From assembly GCA_951406725.2 (NCBI GenBank), contig OX597822.1, positions 3,596,001-3,660,000 of the forward strand: a stretch of DNA of 64,000 nucleotides, written 5' to 3'. Below are positions 1 through 12,611 of this stretch, piece after piece. A program made the position numbers and the translations under genes. Under the pieces are notes generated by a model. That model saw only the letters and a list, made by a program, of their open reading frames with translations. It ran no database searches and was not told the origin of the DNA. Each line of letters begins with the position of its first letter. Position 1 is the first letter of the stretch. Source of the stretch: Octopus vulgaris. Its lineage: Eukaryota.

Positions 1-819
1 TTGACCTCAATTTAAACGACTGAACAGTACTAGGGAATGAGTCTCGTCTCTAATAAGTATAATAGCTTTAAATCTCCGATGTTTAATAAAATGTGTGACA
101 TTGGTTCGCTACTTCTGTAAAGTGTAATATTCATAAATATGAACTTCGATGAAAACATTACGCAATCACAATAAGCAGTCTACAAGAATCACCAGACTCA
201 CAAATCTATAACTGTTCTTAACATTCAGCACCAGACGAGCTAATTCTGATAATGAATGTATACACATATCTCATGTCTTAATTTATAAACATTAGGCATT
301 ATATTTGATTCATTTTCTTTTTGAATATGCTGGTGTGAATATATGTTTTTGATTGTGATTATGTGGCGATTAACTTTAATATAATCTGTTCTCTTGACAT
401 TTTACAACTAGTTATTTTGCTTCTTGCATATCAGTGACCGTTAGTCGCTTCGTGTAGAATATATTGCTGCCCGGAACGGACCCTGGCCGTCGCTGGCGAC
501 CAAGGTACTCGCGACTGAAGGCGAGCAAAGCAGCTCGGAAGTGAGTCAGTTTCGTGATTATGTACCCTGCGAGAGAATGGTAGTGCTTGGCTCCTCCTGC
601 TACCAATATATATATATATACAGGATACAGGGCCACACCGGTAAACAGCTGAAAAGAAAAGCTGCCTGGTGTTAAACTAGTAGTGGCATAGAACAGCAGA
701 TTTGGTGTGGTGATTAACTTTAAATATATATATATATATACTTACCTGCGTGGCGTTCAGTTACATTATAAATAGTAAATAATATATAGTATATATACTA
801 TGTATTATTTACTAATTAT

Positions 820-1012
820 GACCGCGTTGGTGATTTTTTTCCCTCCGTCTTCCCTTCCTTGGATCTTTCCTTTTCCTATGTTTCCGACGAAGAGCTCCGC
901 TCGAAACGTTAATCCCTCCTTCTTTCTTTCCTTTCCTGAGCGTCCAATAACACTATATTTGTTCCACGTCCTCGCGTTGTTGTGTTTTTTCTTTGTGTTT
1001 TCATGTTTGGAT

Positions 1013-1017
<5 letters not shown>
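820..1017 (+). mobile_element. Short interspersed repeat (family H1) with a hammerhead-like motif, probable PLE-derived terminus
   Basis: Near-identical reverse copy at 27983-28140 and a partial reverse copy at 1331-1386. Contains CCGACGA-A-GAGC-tcc-GCTC-GAAACGTT (884-910) and ends in (TA)n. Confidence 0.7.
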
Positions 1018-1168
<151 letters not shown>

Positions 1169-1287
1169 CTTAGCTCGAAATGGATGCGTGGCGTTCAATT
1201 AAATTATAAATAGAAATTAATATATAGTATATATACTATATATTATTTACTATTTATTATATATGTACGTATGTATATGTACGTATG

Positions 1288-1337
<50 letters not shown>

Positions 1338-1416
1338 CCAAACATGAACAAAGACAAAACACAACAAGACGAGGACGTGGAACAAGTGTATATATATATA
1401 TATATATATAAATATA

Positions 1417-1832
<416 letters not shown>

Positions 1833-2553
1833 TATGTATGTGTTTGTGTGTTTGTGTGCGGGTACATGTGAGTGCTAAATGCAAACATGGAAAGTGCGTA
1901 ACTGATAAAGTAATATTTATTTATTTGAGTAATTCTAGTTAAAATTGAAAATACTATACCTCGCTTTCCAAAGAGCTTGTGTTGGCTACACAGGATCACA
2001 CACGTTTAGATGGAATTACTTAAATTTCAAATCCTGCAAGTATACAGACACACACGCACACACACACACACGCACACACACGCACGCACAAACGTACCTT
2101 ATATATATGTGTACGTATGTATATATACGCATATACATATATACCTATGTATAGGTATATATGTATGTATCTATACGCATATACATATATGCATATATAT
2201 AAATGTGTAGGTATAATATAGCATGCTTGTGTGTACGCTAGTCTATCCATAAAGTAGGTTTTATTTATGTTTTCGTATAAACATATAAAACAAATAAACA
2301 TAACACTAGCTGATGTTTAAAAATGTTTTGAAAATATATGTTTATATATGATAAAATATATTTGCGTCGGGTAAACGGTAATTGCAGACGTTCGGTAAAC
2401 GTAGACTTTAATCTCCGTGTATACAAATGTTTAGCTTTCTTTCCACGTGTGATGATCGTTCGGTCCCAAATGAATCTTGTCTATTTACACTATGTATTGA
2501 AATACTTAAACGTATGTGCGTGTCTGTGTGTCTACACGTACGCATATACATAA

Positions 2554-2660
<107 letters not shown>

Positions 2661-2664
2661 ATGA

Positions 2665-2858
2665 GACGCCATGATAGATCGATCGTTAGCCACTACACAC
2701 ATTTTTTCTCTCCTTGTTTTTTTCTGTGTACCTTTCTGTAGAAGAGCGTAGGCTCGAAATGTAAAGGACTTTTTCTATTCCTGAGCGTTATACTAATACA
2801 TCTGTTTGTTTTTACACCACCTGTCTTCGTCTTTTGTTTATTTTCGTAAACTTTCCCT
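2665..2858 (+). mobile_element. Short interspersed repeat (family H2, related to H1) with a hammerhead-like motif
   Basis: Homologous copies at ~21820-21970 (-) and ~13960-14100 (+). Shares GAAGAGC..GCTCGAAA and TTCCTGAGCGT with H1. Confidence 0.7.
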
Positions 2859-2946
2859 TTATATATATATATAAATGGCGGTGCCCCAGCATGGCCACAG
2901 CTCATGAGCTGAAACTGGAAAAATCAAAATCAAAATCATATATATT

Positions 2947-3219
2947 TCTCCTTTTTTTACTTGTTTCAGTCATTTGACTGTGGCCATGCTGGAGGCATAA
3001 ACACACCAGCATCGGTTGTCAAGCGATGTCGTGGGGACAAACACAGACACACAAACATATATACGACGGGCTTCTTTCAGTTCCCGTCTACCTAATCCAC
3101 TCACAAGGCTTTGGTCGGTCCGAGGCTATAGTAGAAGACACCTGCATAAGGTGCCACGTATTGGGACTGAACCCGGAACCATGTGGTTGGTAAGCAAGCT
3201 ACTTACCACACAGCCACTC
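2947..3219 (-). mobile_element. tRNA-derived SINE family A, internally deleted
   Basis: Same head (GAGTGGCTGTGTGGTAAG..GGTTCAGTCCC) and tail (GTCAAATGACTGAAACAAGTAAAA) as 3822-4233. Confidence 0.85.
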
Positions 3220-3821
3220 GGAAAGTGATAGTGAGGCAGAGGCAGATTGAGATAATAATAAGTGTTGCGGAAACGCCATGTTATCACATCAAGAATAAAA
3301 GAAAGTTTATTTAGATTTTACAAGTACATTTTCAAACGCTCTTCCGATAAACTACACGGAAGAAAGGTCCTTTAACACAAGAGATAATCGAAGAATCACT
3401 GCAATTATTACAGGTGCATTTTATAACGTTGTTTGAGATAAAGAATGAATAAATGAAAACTGAAAGACCATATATTGAAATTCTGATATTTTAATATGAC
3501 ATTTTCCTTCATTAATTACCAGTTAATATTTCCCATATAAAAGAGATTCTTTCATATGGGAAAAATTGACTCCAGAAGCTCTATATATTTTAAATCTAAT
3601 TTAACTATCTTAATCTTTAATTTACTGAGTTAAGAAACTAATAAAAAAAGTTGCAGCCATATTAATTTTTTGATAAATCTCCCGACTGAGAGTAATTTTT
3701 TATGCAGTGTTTCTTGCGTATAATTATATTTGTTTATTTGTTTTGTCAAACGAATAAATGTCTGAAATTGATTTTTTCTCTAAATTTCTATGATGGCTGA
3801 AGCTTTTAACACTGTGTCTAT

Positions 3822-4233
3822 ACTCTCTTTTACTCTTTTACTCTTTTACTTGTTTCAGTCATTTGACTGCGGCCATCCTGGAGCACCACCTTTAGTCGAG
3901 CAAATCGACCCCGGGACTTATTCTTTGTAAGCCCAGTACTTATTCTATCGGTCTTTTTTTGCCGAACCGCTAAGTGACGGGGACGCAAACACACCAGCAT
4001 CGGTTGGGGGGACAAACACAGACACACAAACATATACACACACATACATATATATATATATACATATATACGACAGGCTTCTTTCAGTTTCCGTCTACCA
4101 AATCCACTCACAAGGCATTGGTCGACTCGAGGCAATAGCAAAAGACACTTGCCCAAGATGCCACGCAGTGGGACTGAACCTGGAACCGTGTGGTTGGTAA
4201 GCAAGCTACTTACCACACGGCCACTCCTGCGCC
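3822..4233 (-). mobile_element. tRNA-derived SINE family A, full length
   Basis: A-box-like TGGCCGTGTGG and B-box-like GGTTCAGTCCC, CORE-like CTTGGGCAAGT, internal (TA)/(TG) tract and (GTAAAAGA)n tail. Multiple copies in the window. Confidence 0.9.
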
Positions 4234-4421
4234 TATTAATCTTTTGAATTTTATAATTCAAGAAATAACAATCTTTACATTTCAATTTATACATTTTCTG
4301 GTAATTCTGTATTCATATACATGTAAAACAGAAATGTGTCTATAATGCAAGTGCTCTAGTGAGATACATTACCTTTTGTGCCCAGTCTGGTGGTCTGATT
4401 AAAAAATGCCTGCTTGGTCTA

Positions 4422-4802
4422 GGAAGCACTCTGTCGGTTATGAGGACGAGGGTTCCGGTTGATCCGAATCAACGGAACAGCCTGCTCGTGAAATTAACGT
4501 GTAAGTGGCTGAGCACTCCACAGACACGTGTACCCATAACATAGTTCTCGGGGATATTCAGCGTGACACAGAGAGTGACAAGGCCGGCCCTTTGAAATAC
4601 TGGTACAACAGAAACAGGAAGTAAGAGTGAGAGAAAGTTGTGGTGAAAGAGTACAGCAGGGATCACTACCATCCCCTGCTGGAGCCTCGTGGAGCTTTAG
4701 GTGTTTTCGCTCAATAAACACTCACAACGCCCGGTCTGGGAATCGAAACCGCGATCCTACGACCGCGAGTCCGCTGCCCTAACCACTGGGCCATTGCGCC
4801 TC
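4422..4802 (-). mobile_element. tRNA-derived SINE family B (tRNA-Arg-like head)
   Basis: Head GGCGCAATGGCCCAGTGGTTAGGGCAGCGGACTCGCGG..GGTTTCGATTCCC with TCG at the anticodon position. 13-bp TSD CCTGCTTGG(T/C)CTA at 4409-4421 and 4803-4815. Tail shared with 20791-21084. Confidence 0.9.
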
Positions 4803-4929
4803 CCTGCTTGGCCTAACATGTGGGCATGCTCCAGAGAGCTGAGCATGACATAAATATAGACAAGCCAAGTCTCTCTCAGCAACACTGAAGATGATCTTGA
4901 AACATTTTAATTGTCAAAGAATAAAATAT

Positions 4930-5260
4930 CAGTGACAAAGGAAACTGAGAATGCGGCATAGCTGAAGGGATCAGAGAAATTAATGAAATGGAAACGTTTC
5001 TCGAGAAATGGGCAACCAAAATCGTGTAACACAAGCTGTATCAGAAAATTTATAGCTATCCGCTTATATTTCGGTCACATGAGATGTAAGAGATTTTACA
5101 GTTCTCCCTGCATAGTTAAAAAGATTCGGTGGTTTTTTTTATATTGCAGCAGCATAATGTGAGCTCCTACTTGAAGCTCACTTGCAAATTAGGAGAAGGA
5201 ACACCGGTGGACGGAAAGGAATTGCGCAACTCCTGGGGAAACTCTCAGTTTGGCGTGAGA
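4930..5260 (+). pseudogene. Possible highly decayed BEL/Pao-like pol fragment
   Basis: Frame-broken peptides SCIRK..GHMRC..ELLLEAHLQI..GIAQLLGK resemble the region before the integrase zinc-binding motif. Weak, by-eye match only. Confidence 0.3.
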
Positions 5261-5460
5261 TATCTACAGTGGGGGTACGTACACTAACATCGTTAGTAGT
5301 ATGTTCCAACATATATTCAGTAATGGTTTTCCGTAATAGAATGAGGTTAGGTTTTGAATTTTATGCAGGAGATTTATATTTCAATAGGTTATCATCTTTT
5401 TTTTTTACTTAAAAATAATAATGGACTTCCCCGTAGAAGACGACGTATAAGTGTTCAGTA

Positions 5461-6062
5461 CTTATTTCTTTATTGCCCACAAAGGGCTAAACATAGAGGG
5501 GATAAACAAGGATAGACAAACGGATTAAGTCGATTACATCGACCACAGTGCGTAACTGGCATTTAATTTATCGACCCCGAAAGGATGAAACGCAAAGTCA
5601 ACCACGGCGGAATTTTAACTCAGAACGCAATGGCAAAAGAAATACCTATTTCTTTATTACCCACAAGGGGCTAAACACAGAGAGGACAAACAAGGACAGA
5701 CAAACGGATTAAGTCGGTTATATCGACCCCAGTGCGTAACTGGTACTTATTTAATCGACCCCGAAAAGATGAAAGGCAAATTCGACCTCGGCGGAATTCG
5801 AACTCAGAACGTAAAGAAGGGCAAAATACTTATTTCTTTACTGCCCACAAGGGGCTACACACAGAGGGGACAAACAAGGACAGACAAACGGATTAAGTCG
5901 ATTATATCGACCCCAGTGCGTAACTGGTACTTTTTTAATCGACCCCGAAAGGATGAAAAACAAAGTCGACCTCGGCGGAATTTTAACTCAGAACGTAACG
6001 GCAGACAAAATACGGCTACGGATTTCGCCCAGCGTGCTAACGATTCTGCCAGCTCGTCGCCT
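5461..6062 (-). mobile_element. SINE family C (Meta/MESC-like central domain): one head plus three tandem body-tail units
   Basis: Three ~180-bp units start at 5461, ~5645 and ~5828, each containing TTTCATCCTTT(C)GGGGTCGAT. Only the last extends to the head GGCGACGAGCTGGCAGAATCGTTAG. Confidence 0.9.
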
Positions 6063-6164
6063 AACTGTTCAGCTCTTGCTGACCGTCCTGCGCAAATGGT
6101 TATAGTGATCAAATATATGTACTGTACATTAGCTCACTCTCTTCATTAAATCGACGTTGTTTGA

Positions 6165-6296
6165 AGCGAGGTAATCTCAGAGCAATGTAAGATGAGGTGT
6201 TTTGCACAAGAGAACAACGTACCACCTGGTCTAGGAATTGAAACCACGATTTCACGATCGTAAGTACGACACCGTAACTACTAGGGCATGCGCACT
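6165..6296 (-). mobile_element. Decayed tRNA-derived SINE head (family B-like)
   Basis: Reverse strand reads GCATGCCCTAGTAGTTA..ATCGTGGTTTCAATTCCTAGACC. Confidence 0.6.
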
Positions 6297-6914
6297 CGCA
6301 ACTTCAAAATAATACCTCCTAAATAATTGTAGACGATTTCAAATATCATATCAGATAAAAAAGCCTTTTATTCCTTTACGAATCACAGTTAACATTCTGA
6401 ATATCAGTATAAAATCATGTTTGCTTTAAGTGCTTTGCCATTATCTGCAAGAAAAACTGGAGAGAAGTATATTCCACGCAAAATACACAGACAATGCAAG
6501 CTGTAGATTGTCTGTATTAAAATTCTGCTTCTTAAAGAATTATATCTTCGGTTTCAAATAACATGTATGATAAAATATCGATTATTCTTTCATTGTTTTA
6601 CATATCCATCTGTTTGTAATTATAAAATATTCATATATTATATTCTAGGAAACGGCCTGTCGGTTTTTATAATTTATTTGAAATATATTCAAATGTAAAA
6701 GCTAACAGTACGACTGATACCGCATAAAAGATGGCTATTTTAGAGATATAAGTAAATATAGGTGCTAAATGACGAACAAATGAATTATATATATATATAT
6801 ACATGCATGCGCACACACACACATATACATATACGTACATGCACACACACATATACATATACGTACATGCACACACATACATACATATATATATTCATAT
6901 ACGATAGAAACAAG

Positions 6915-7460
6915 GGATCATTTCCTTTTCATGGGCAGCACGATTAATTAATTTTCATTAACACTTTGAAACTTCGTATACTGGTGTCATGTAAAACATC
7001 TACTCTTAACGTTGTTGAGAAACGTTTATATTTACGAAAGTATTTCGTGTTAAAGTTGTCATATTTCGGTAATATCAACCAATCCATGAGGTGTATTCAG
7101 CTGAATGAAATTACTCCTGTTGTTTGTCACCTATCGGCGGTGTATATTTCTTTTGCCACTGTTATTCATGACATCGTTCGTGCGTTTGTACAGGTTTTAG
7201 CTTTAAGGTTTTAAGATTAGGGTTAGGGTTTTAGGGGTTTGGGTTAGTGTTTTAGGGTTAGCGTTTTAGGGTTAGAGTTAGGATTTTAGGGTTAGGGTTT
7301 TAGGGTTAGGGTTTTAGGATTAGGGTTAGAGTTGAGGTTTTAAGGTTAAGGTTGGTGTTTTAGGGTGAGAGGTGCGGAAAAAATGAAAAATGAAGAAATT
7401 GGAGAGGTAAGCAACTAGTTAAGGAATAAAATGAATACACATAAATTTTAGATGAATACC
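6915..7460. mobile_element. Older element carrying telomeric repeats, related to the 441-bp MITE
   Basis: Starts GGATCATTTCCTTTTCATGGGCAG (compare the MITE TIR). Shares AAACTTCGTATACTGGT with the MITE and contains a degenerate (TTAGGG)/(TTTTAGGG) array. Confidence 0.55.
7192..7372 (+). repeat. Degenerate interstitial telomeric-like array (TTAGGG / TTTTAGGG)
   Basis: About 180 bp of TTAGGG variants. Confidence 0.9.
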
Positions 7461-7663
7461 AACCTTGGTACAGAAGCAGTGGCAGAATGTTATTCAGTAA
7501 TGTATGTAGTCAGTTTAATCCAGGTATATAATCCTCTTTTGAGCTATTCAGACATGTACATTTTCTTAAATATACCGTCCATAATATACTTCAGAACACG
7601 CGAGCGGCATGTTCAGAGATAGGTGAATTAATTGTTACTTATTTATATTTAATTCACATTTGC

Positions 7664-8166
7664 GTATATAGATAAACCATAAAAAAGCCGGGAGGTGTTA
7701 GAGGTGAATATATTTCTTTAACCACTTGACAATCCTATGTTACAGCCGTTTCGCAGCCTTTTTTTAATGTAATAACAACTTCAGTGTATAACACTTCATG
7801 TTTTCCTGTGTGCTTTAATATGTAAGCTATGCGTTGCATAATATAATCGCATATTCACACTTTAATGCAAATAAAGAAAGCCAGCCCATCAGATCAGATC
7901 ACAGGAACACCAACGATTCAACTCAATTTCGCTTCCTGTAACCATGATATTGTGGTGATCTGATGAGCTACTTCCCTTATTTGCTTTTGAATAAACAAGT
8001 GTATTTTATGATGCATAACATACATATTAATGCAGGCATGTAAGCATAATTTTAGTATACACTAAATTTATTATTACATAAAAAACGGCCTTAATTCTAA
8101 ACGTGTTAAGTATTTAAATAGATATATTCGCCCCCAATACCGCCCGATTTTTTATTATTTATATAC
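7664..8166. mobile_element. Foldback / long-TIR element
   Basis: Arms 7664-7895 and ~7955-8166 (~210-230 bp) are imperfect reverse complements, e.g. GCAAATAAAGAAAGCCAGCCCATCAGATCA versus GCAAATAAGGGAAGTAGCTCATCAGATCA. Confidence 0.75.
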
Positions 8167-8250
8167 TCCTTATGAAATAATTTCATCAAACGGATTTCGA
8201 GGATTTCTGCTGCATGCAATTAATAATTCTTTACCCTATATCTGTAATGA

Positions 8251-8370
<120 letters not shown>

Positions 8371-8417
8371 CTTATTTTTTCTAAGATATATATATATATA
8401 TATATACACGGTGGTTT

Positions 8418-8570
8418 ACACTTGCCCAAGGTGCCACGGAGTGGGACTGAACCCAGGACCATGTGGTAGGGAAACAAGCTTCTTACACACAGCCATGCCC
8501 GTGTACCAAATCCACTCAAAAGACTTTTGTTAGTCTGATTCTTTAGTAGAAGTTACTTGCCCAAGGTACT
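8418..8570 (-). mobile_element. SINE family A fragments
   Basis: CACTTGCCCAAGGTGCCACG..GGGACTGAACCC..ACACAGCC, followed by a second partial body. Confidence 0.75.
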
Positions 8571-9046
8571 ACCGGCAAAACCTAACTTCGACTGAAATGA
8601 ATCTTTTATATGTTACTTTGGTAGCAGTTTTAAAATAACAACTTTAACTTTTTATAATTTGATACATGAGAATTATAATTCATAGTATTTCATTTCTCCT
8701 CCATTGATAACGCCACAGATAACGACTGGAATGCATCTATGCGGTGGTTGGGTTATGTAGTTTGAGTCTCAGAACATGTTAGTTAATTGCGTCTTAATCG
8801 GACGCACAAGCGCATTAAGGCCACTTAGATAGCACTACACAAACACACCCGTGCACACGGATACAGTCAAGTGTACAAACGCATAGACACAATACTCTGA
8901 CAGTTTCAACATAACTCTATATGTGTATATATATATATATGTAATACATACATATGCGTATACATCTATATACATATTCACATATATATGTGGATATATA
9001 TATATGTGTGTGTGTGTGCATGTTTATGTGAAAGTATGTATACATA

Positions 9047-9094
<48 letters not shown>

Positions 9095-9149
9095 ATATGT
9101 ATAAATGTATATTTATAAATAATAAATATATATATATAGATGCGTATAA

Positions 9150-9355
9150 GGTTACAGGACGTCACCAAAATTGCAAATAACATGAAATACGTAAACAAAC
9201 TAGTTAAATACATAAACAACGAAAAGAAATGGAAAACAGGAGAAGTAAACACAGAGAAAGGACCCTTCATCAGTTGTTAGCTGTCTGTCTACTTCCGGTT
9301 TCGAGTACTCAACGACAACACGAGTGTTTAAAGACAGTTGCTTTCATAAATTCTA
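9150..9355. mobile_element. Short repeat related to the TIR element at 18489-18696
   Basis: Shares TACAGGACGTCACCAA, CCTTCATCAG and TTTCGAG(T/C)A. Confidence 0.55.
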
Positions 9356-9476
9356 AAATAAAATATACATTTATACATGAGTATGTTTTTGCATATATTT
9401 GTATGCATGTATGTATCTATCTATCTATTTTTCTATCTATCTATATACATGCGCATTGTATACCTACATAAATATA

Positions 9477-10140
9477 TACGAGGAGTAGTCAAAAATTATG
9501 CGCAACGTATTTACGCGAAAGCAGGGGAAAAAACAAGTACGTCGCTTTTCTATATAGTCCCTTTCCTTCGATGCATTTGATCCAGTGATCCACAAGCTTG
9601 CGTATTCACTCCAAAAAAGGGCTTCCGGTTGGTCGCAGATGAATTTATGCACCGCTTCCTTCACATCATCCGTAGAGAATCGACGACCTCGTAAATCGTC
9701 TTTGAACGCTTCAAAGATATAATTATCGGGAGGGCCGAGATCTGCGTTGTAGTACCTCAGTACTTAATTGGTTGATGGTTTCTACGGTGTGCGTGCGTTG
9801 TCATGCAACAAGACTTTCTTCAACAATAGGCTTTGGGGTTTGGTGTAAACTGCTGGCGTCAGTTCTTTGTCCAGGAAAGCACAACATCTTACATTGTTCA
9901 TGGTGCACCCATTTTCCAGGGGAATCCGATCACTGCTGTTTGTTATTCTTTGGTGCACATTGCTAGTAGAGCGACCGTGCTTACACTGTAAAACCAGAAA
10001 GGAAAATAGCCCGATCAAACTTTGATGACCACGTGACCACATTAGTACTATCTGTAAGCACGCATGCGCAGAAAGCAGTGTGGCAATAATAAAGATATGT
10101 TATGGCGCAAGTAGATATTTTTTTTTTACTTCCTCTCGTG
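9477..10140 (-). mobile_element. Internally deleted mariner element
   Basis: Ends read TACGAGGAGTAGTCAAAAATTATGCGCA and, in reverse complement, CACGAGAGGAAGTAAAAAA. Minus-strand peptide DDVKEAVHKFICDQPEA..WIKCIEGKG matches the mariner C-terminus. Confidence 0.75.
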
Positions 10141-10141
10141 T

Positions 10142-10179
<38 letters not shown>

Positions 10180-10382
10180 AAGGAAAATAGGGCAAGGTAG
10201 AAAGTGCTAAAACTTTTTTCTATCGTGAAAAGCATTTTAGTACCAGTTTCAGCCTTTGCGACTTTTTCATCTGAGAGTAAAGCATGAAAAACAATTAAAT
10301 TGCGGAAATATGAAATGAAATATTTAAAAAATATTTCCATAGATTTCAAATATATATGACATATTCTTTTCTACTCTCTCTT

Positions 10383-10603
<221 letters not shown>

Positions 10604-10732
10604 TTCTCCTTCTTTTACTTTTGTGGAAACTGAGTTGGTAGGTGGCTGCAGATCTGAAGAAATATTTAAAATGGAGGATGTGGGTTCTTGGTTTTGATTG
10701 TTTAAGCAGCAGTAGCCCAGGAAAGAGACGGC

Positions 10733-10950
10733 GAAGAAGAAGAAGAAGAAGAAGAAGAAGAAGAAGAAGAAGGAGAAGGAGAAGGAGAAGAAGAGGAAGA
10801 AGAAGAAGAAGGAGATGGAGAAGAAGATGAGGAAGAAGAAGAAGAAGGAGAAGGAGAAGAAGGAGAAGGAGGAGGAGGAGGAGGAGAAGAAGAAGAAGAA
10901 GAAGAAGAAGAAGAAGAAGAAGAAGAAGAAGAAGAAGAAGAAGAAGAGAA
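10733..10950. repeat. (GAA)n/(GGA)n purine triplet tract
   Basis: About 215 bp, almost purely purine on the + strand. Confidence 0.97.
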
Positions 10951-11280
10951 AAATAAGAAAAAGACGGGTGTGGCATGACAGTAGTAGGCTGTTGGTGGAG
11001 TCCCCCAAAATGGTGAAGTGATATAAAAGTAATCAGTTCTGAATAAATTAATAGATGGTGACTGTTCTGAATATATCGCCTATAATTTTTGCGTAGTTAT
11101 TATTCTAAGACCCTTGTAGAATCGTCATTTGTGGTGGATAAAATATGACTCTTAGCTAACGCGCTGATTATAGGTTGCATTGTCCCTGTATTTGTAGAGG
11201 AGAAAAATTCTGAAGTTGGGTTGTTCGTTAGTGACGCAAATGTCGATGTGTTCGCTGAATGCTATTTTTGTGTATTCGAG

Positions 11281-11314
11281 AATACATACATACACATACA
11301 TACATATATACATC

Positions 11315-11384
<70 letters not shown>

Positions 11385-11418
11385 CATACATATATATATA
11401 TATATGTATTTATATATA

Positions 11419-11452
<34 letters not shown>

Positions 11453-11603
11453 CATATATATATATATATGTATATATGTCTGTATATATATATGTATATA
11501 TGTATGTATATATATATATGTGTGTGTGTATATATATACATATATATATGCATATATATATATGTATGTATATATATATATATATACATACATACACACA
11601 CAC

Positions 11604-11647
<44 letters not shown>

Positions 11648-11662
11648 ATATATATATATATA
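11281..11662. repeat. Compound (TA)/(CA)/(TG) microsatellite
   Basis: Read directly from the sequence; explains the Y/I-rich ORFs. Confidence 0.95.
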
Positions 11663-12545
11663 ATACAAAAATGGGAGAAGAACGAAAAACGTCCAGACAG
11701 ACGATACAAAAAAATCGAGTTCCAGATTATCTTTGCAATTTCGGCTGGTTATACTCGACCAATCTGGCGAGCCCCAAGGAAAAAACTTAGCTAAGAGCAT
11801 TAGATACCTTGGAAGAAAGCAGCGAATGTGTACGAAAACAAGGACGGAAAAAAAGAGAAATGTTACATAAATACAAATACAATTAACAGGACATAACAAC
11901 AGGTGTCTTTCGACTAAGTACGAATTAAATTAAGCTGGCGTGCGTGGAAGATGTAAGTCAGCCTATCACCAAGATACAACACGGAATGTTCAGAATGTTA
12001 CCAAGATGCAACACGCCATGCTAAGATGGAACACGGAATGTTCGGATCCGTGAGTTCATCGTTGGGATGGTAAATTCTTAATCATTCAGCCACACTGCAC
12101 GCATGAATTACAATGCACATATCAAACAAAAGGTGTTATTCACATATACATATATGGCGTTCTCGTCTTAGACATATTGCTTGCGTCCTCTTCCCAATCA
12201 TACGGTTTGTTTTCGATCCCACAACTCACTATCATGTTTTAGATTCTTTTACTATAGCTCAGTTGGGTCTAAGCTTCCTGAGCGATGGTGAACCAACAGA
12301 AATAATAGGTAGAAACTCGTCAGATGTATTTTTAATATGAGGCAAAGACTCAGACTTCTAAAATAAATGCAAGCCAATTACTCTTGAGAATTATGTCACA
12401 GATACACGCCTCAGGAATACTCTGCCAGTTATGTATCAATTAAAGTTTTAGGCAGTTTAACTCTAGCAAAAGCTAAATATTCATCATCGACCCGGACTAA
12501 TGTTGCCACAAAATAGACATTTGCACAAACCCACACAATAGTATA

Positions 12546-12611
<66 letters not shown>

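Noticed and set aside
4727-4802. Possible tRNA-Arg(TCG) gene
   Set aside because: It is the head of a TSD-flanked SINE, and the acceptor and T stems are not properly paired.
5461-6062. CRISPR-like regular repeats
   Set aside because: Units are ~180-bp SINE bodies with no unique spacers; the context is eukaryotic and has no cas genes.
7192-7372. True telomere or chromosome fusion site
   Set aside because: Short, degenerate, single orientation, and embedded in an element related to the MITE.
11216-11899. 190-220-aa ORFs on both strands, and similar YI/CV/HT ORFs throughout the window
   Set aside because: Products of (TA)n/(TG)n microsatellites, which lack stop codons.
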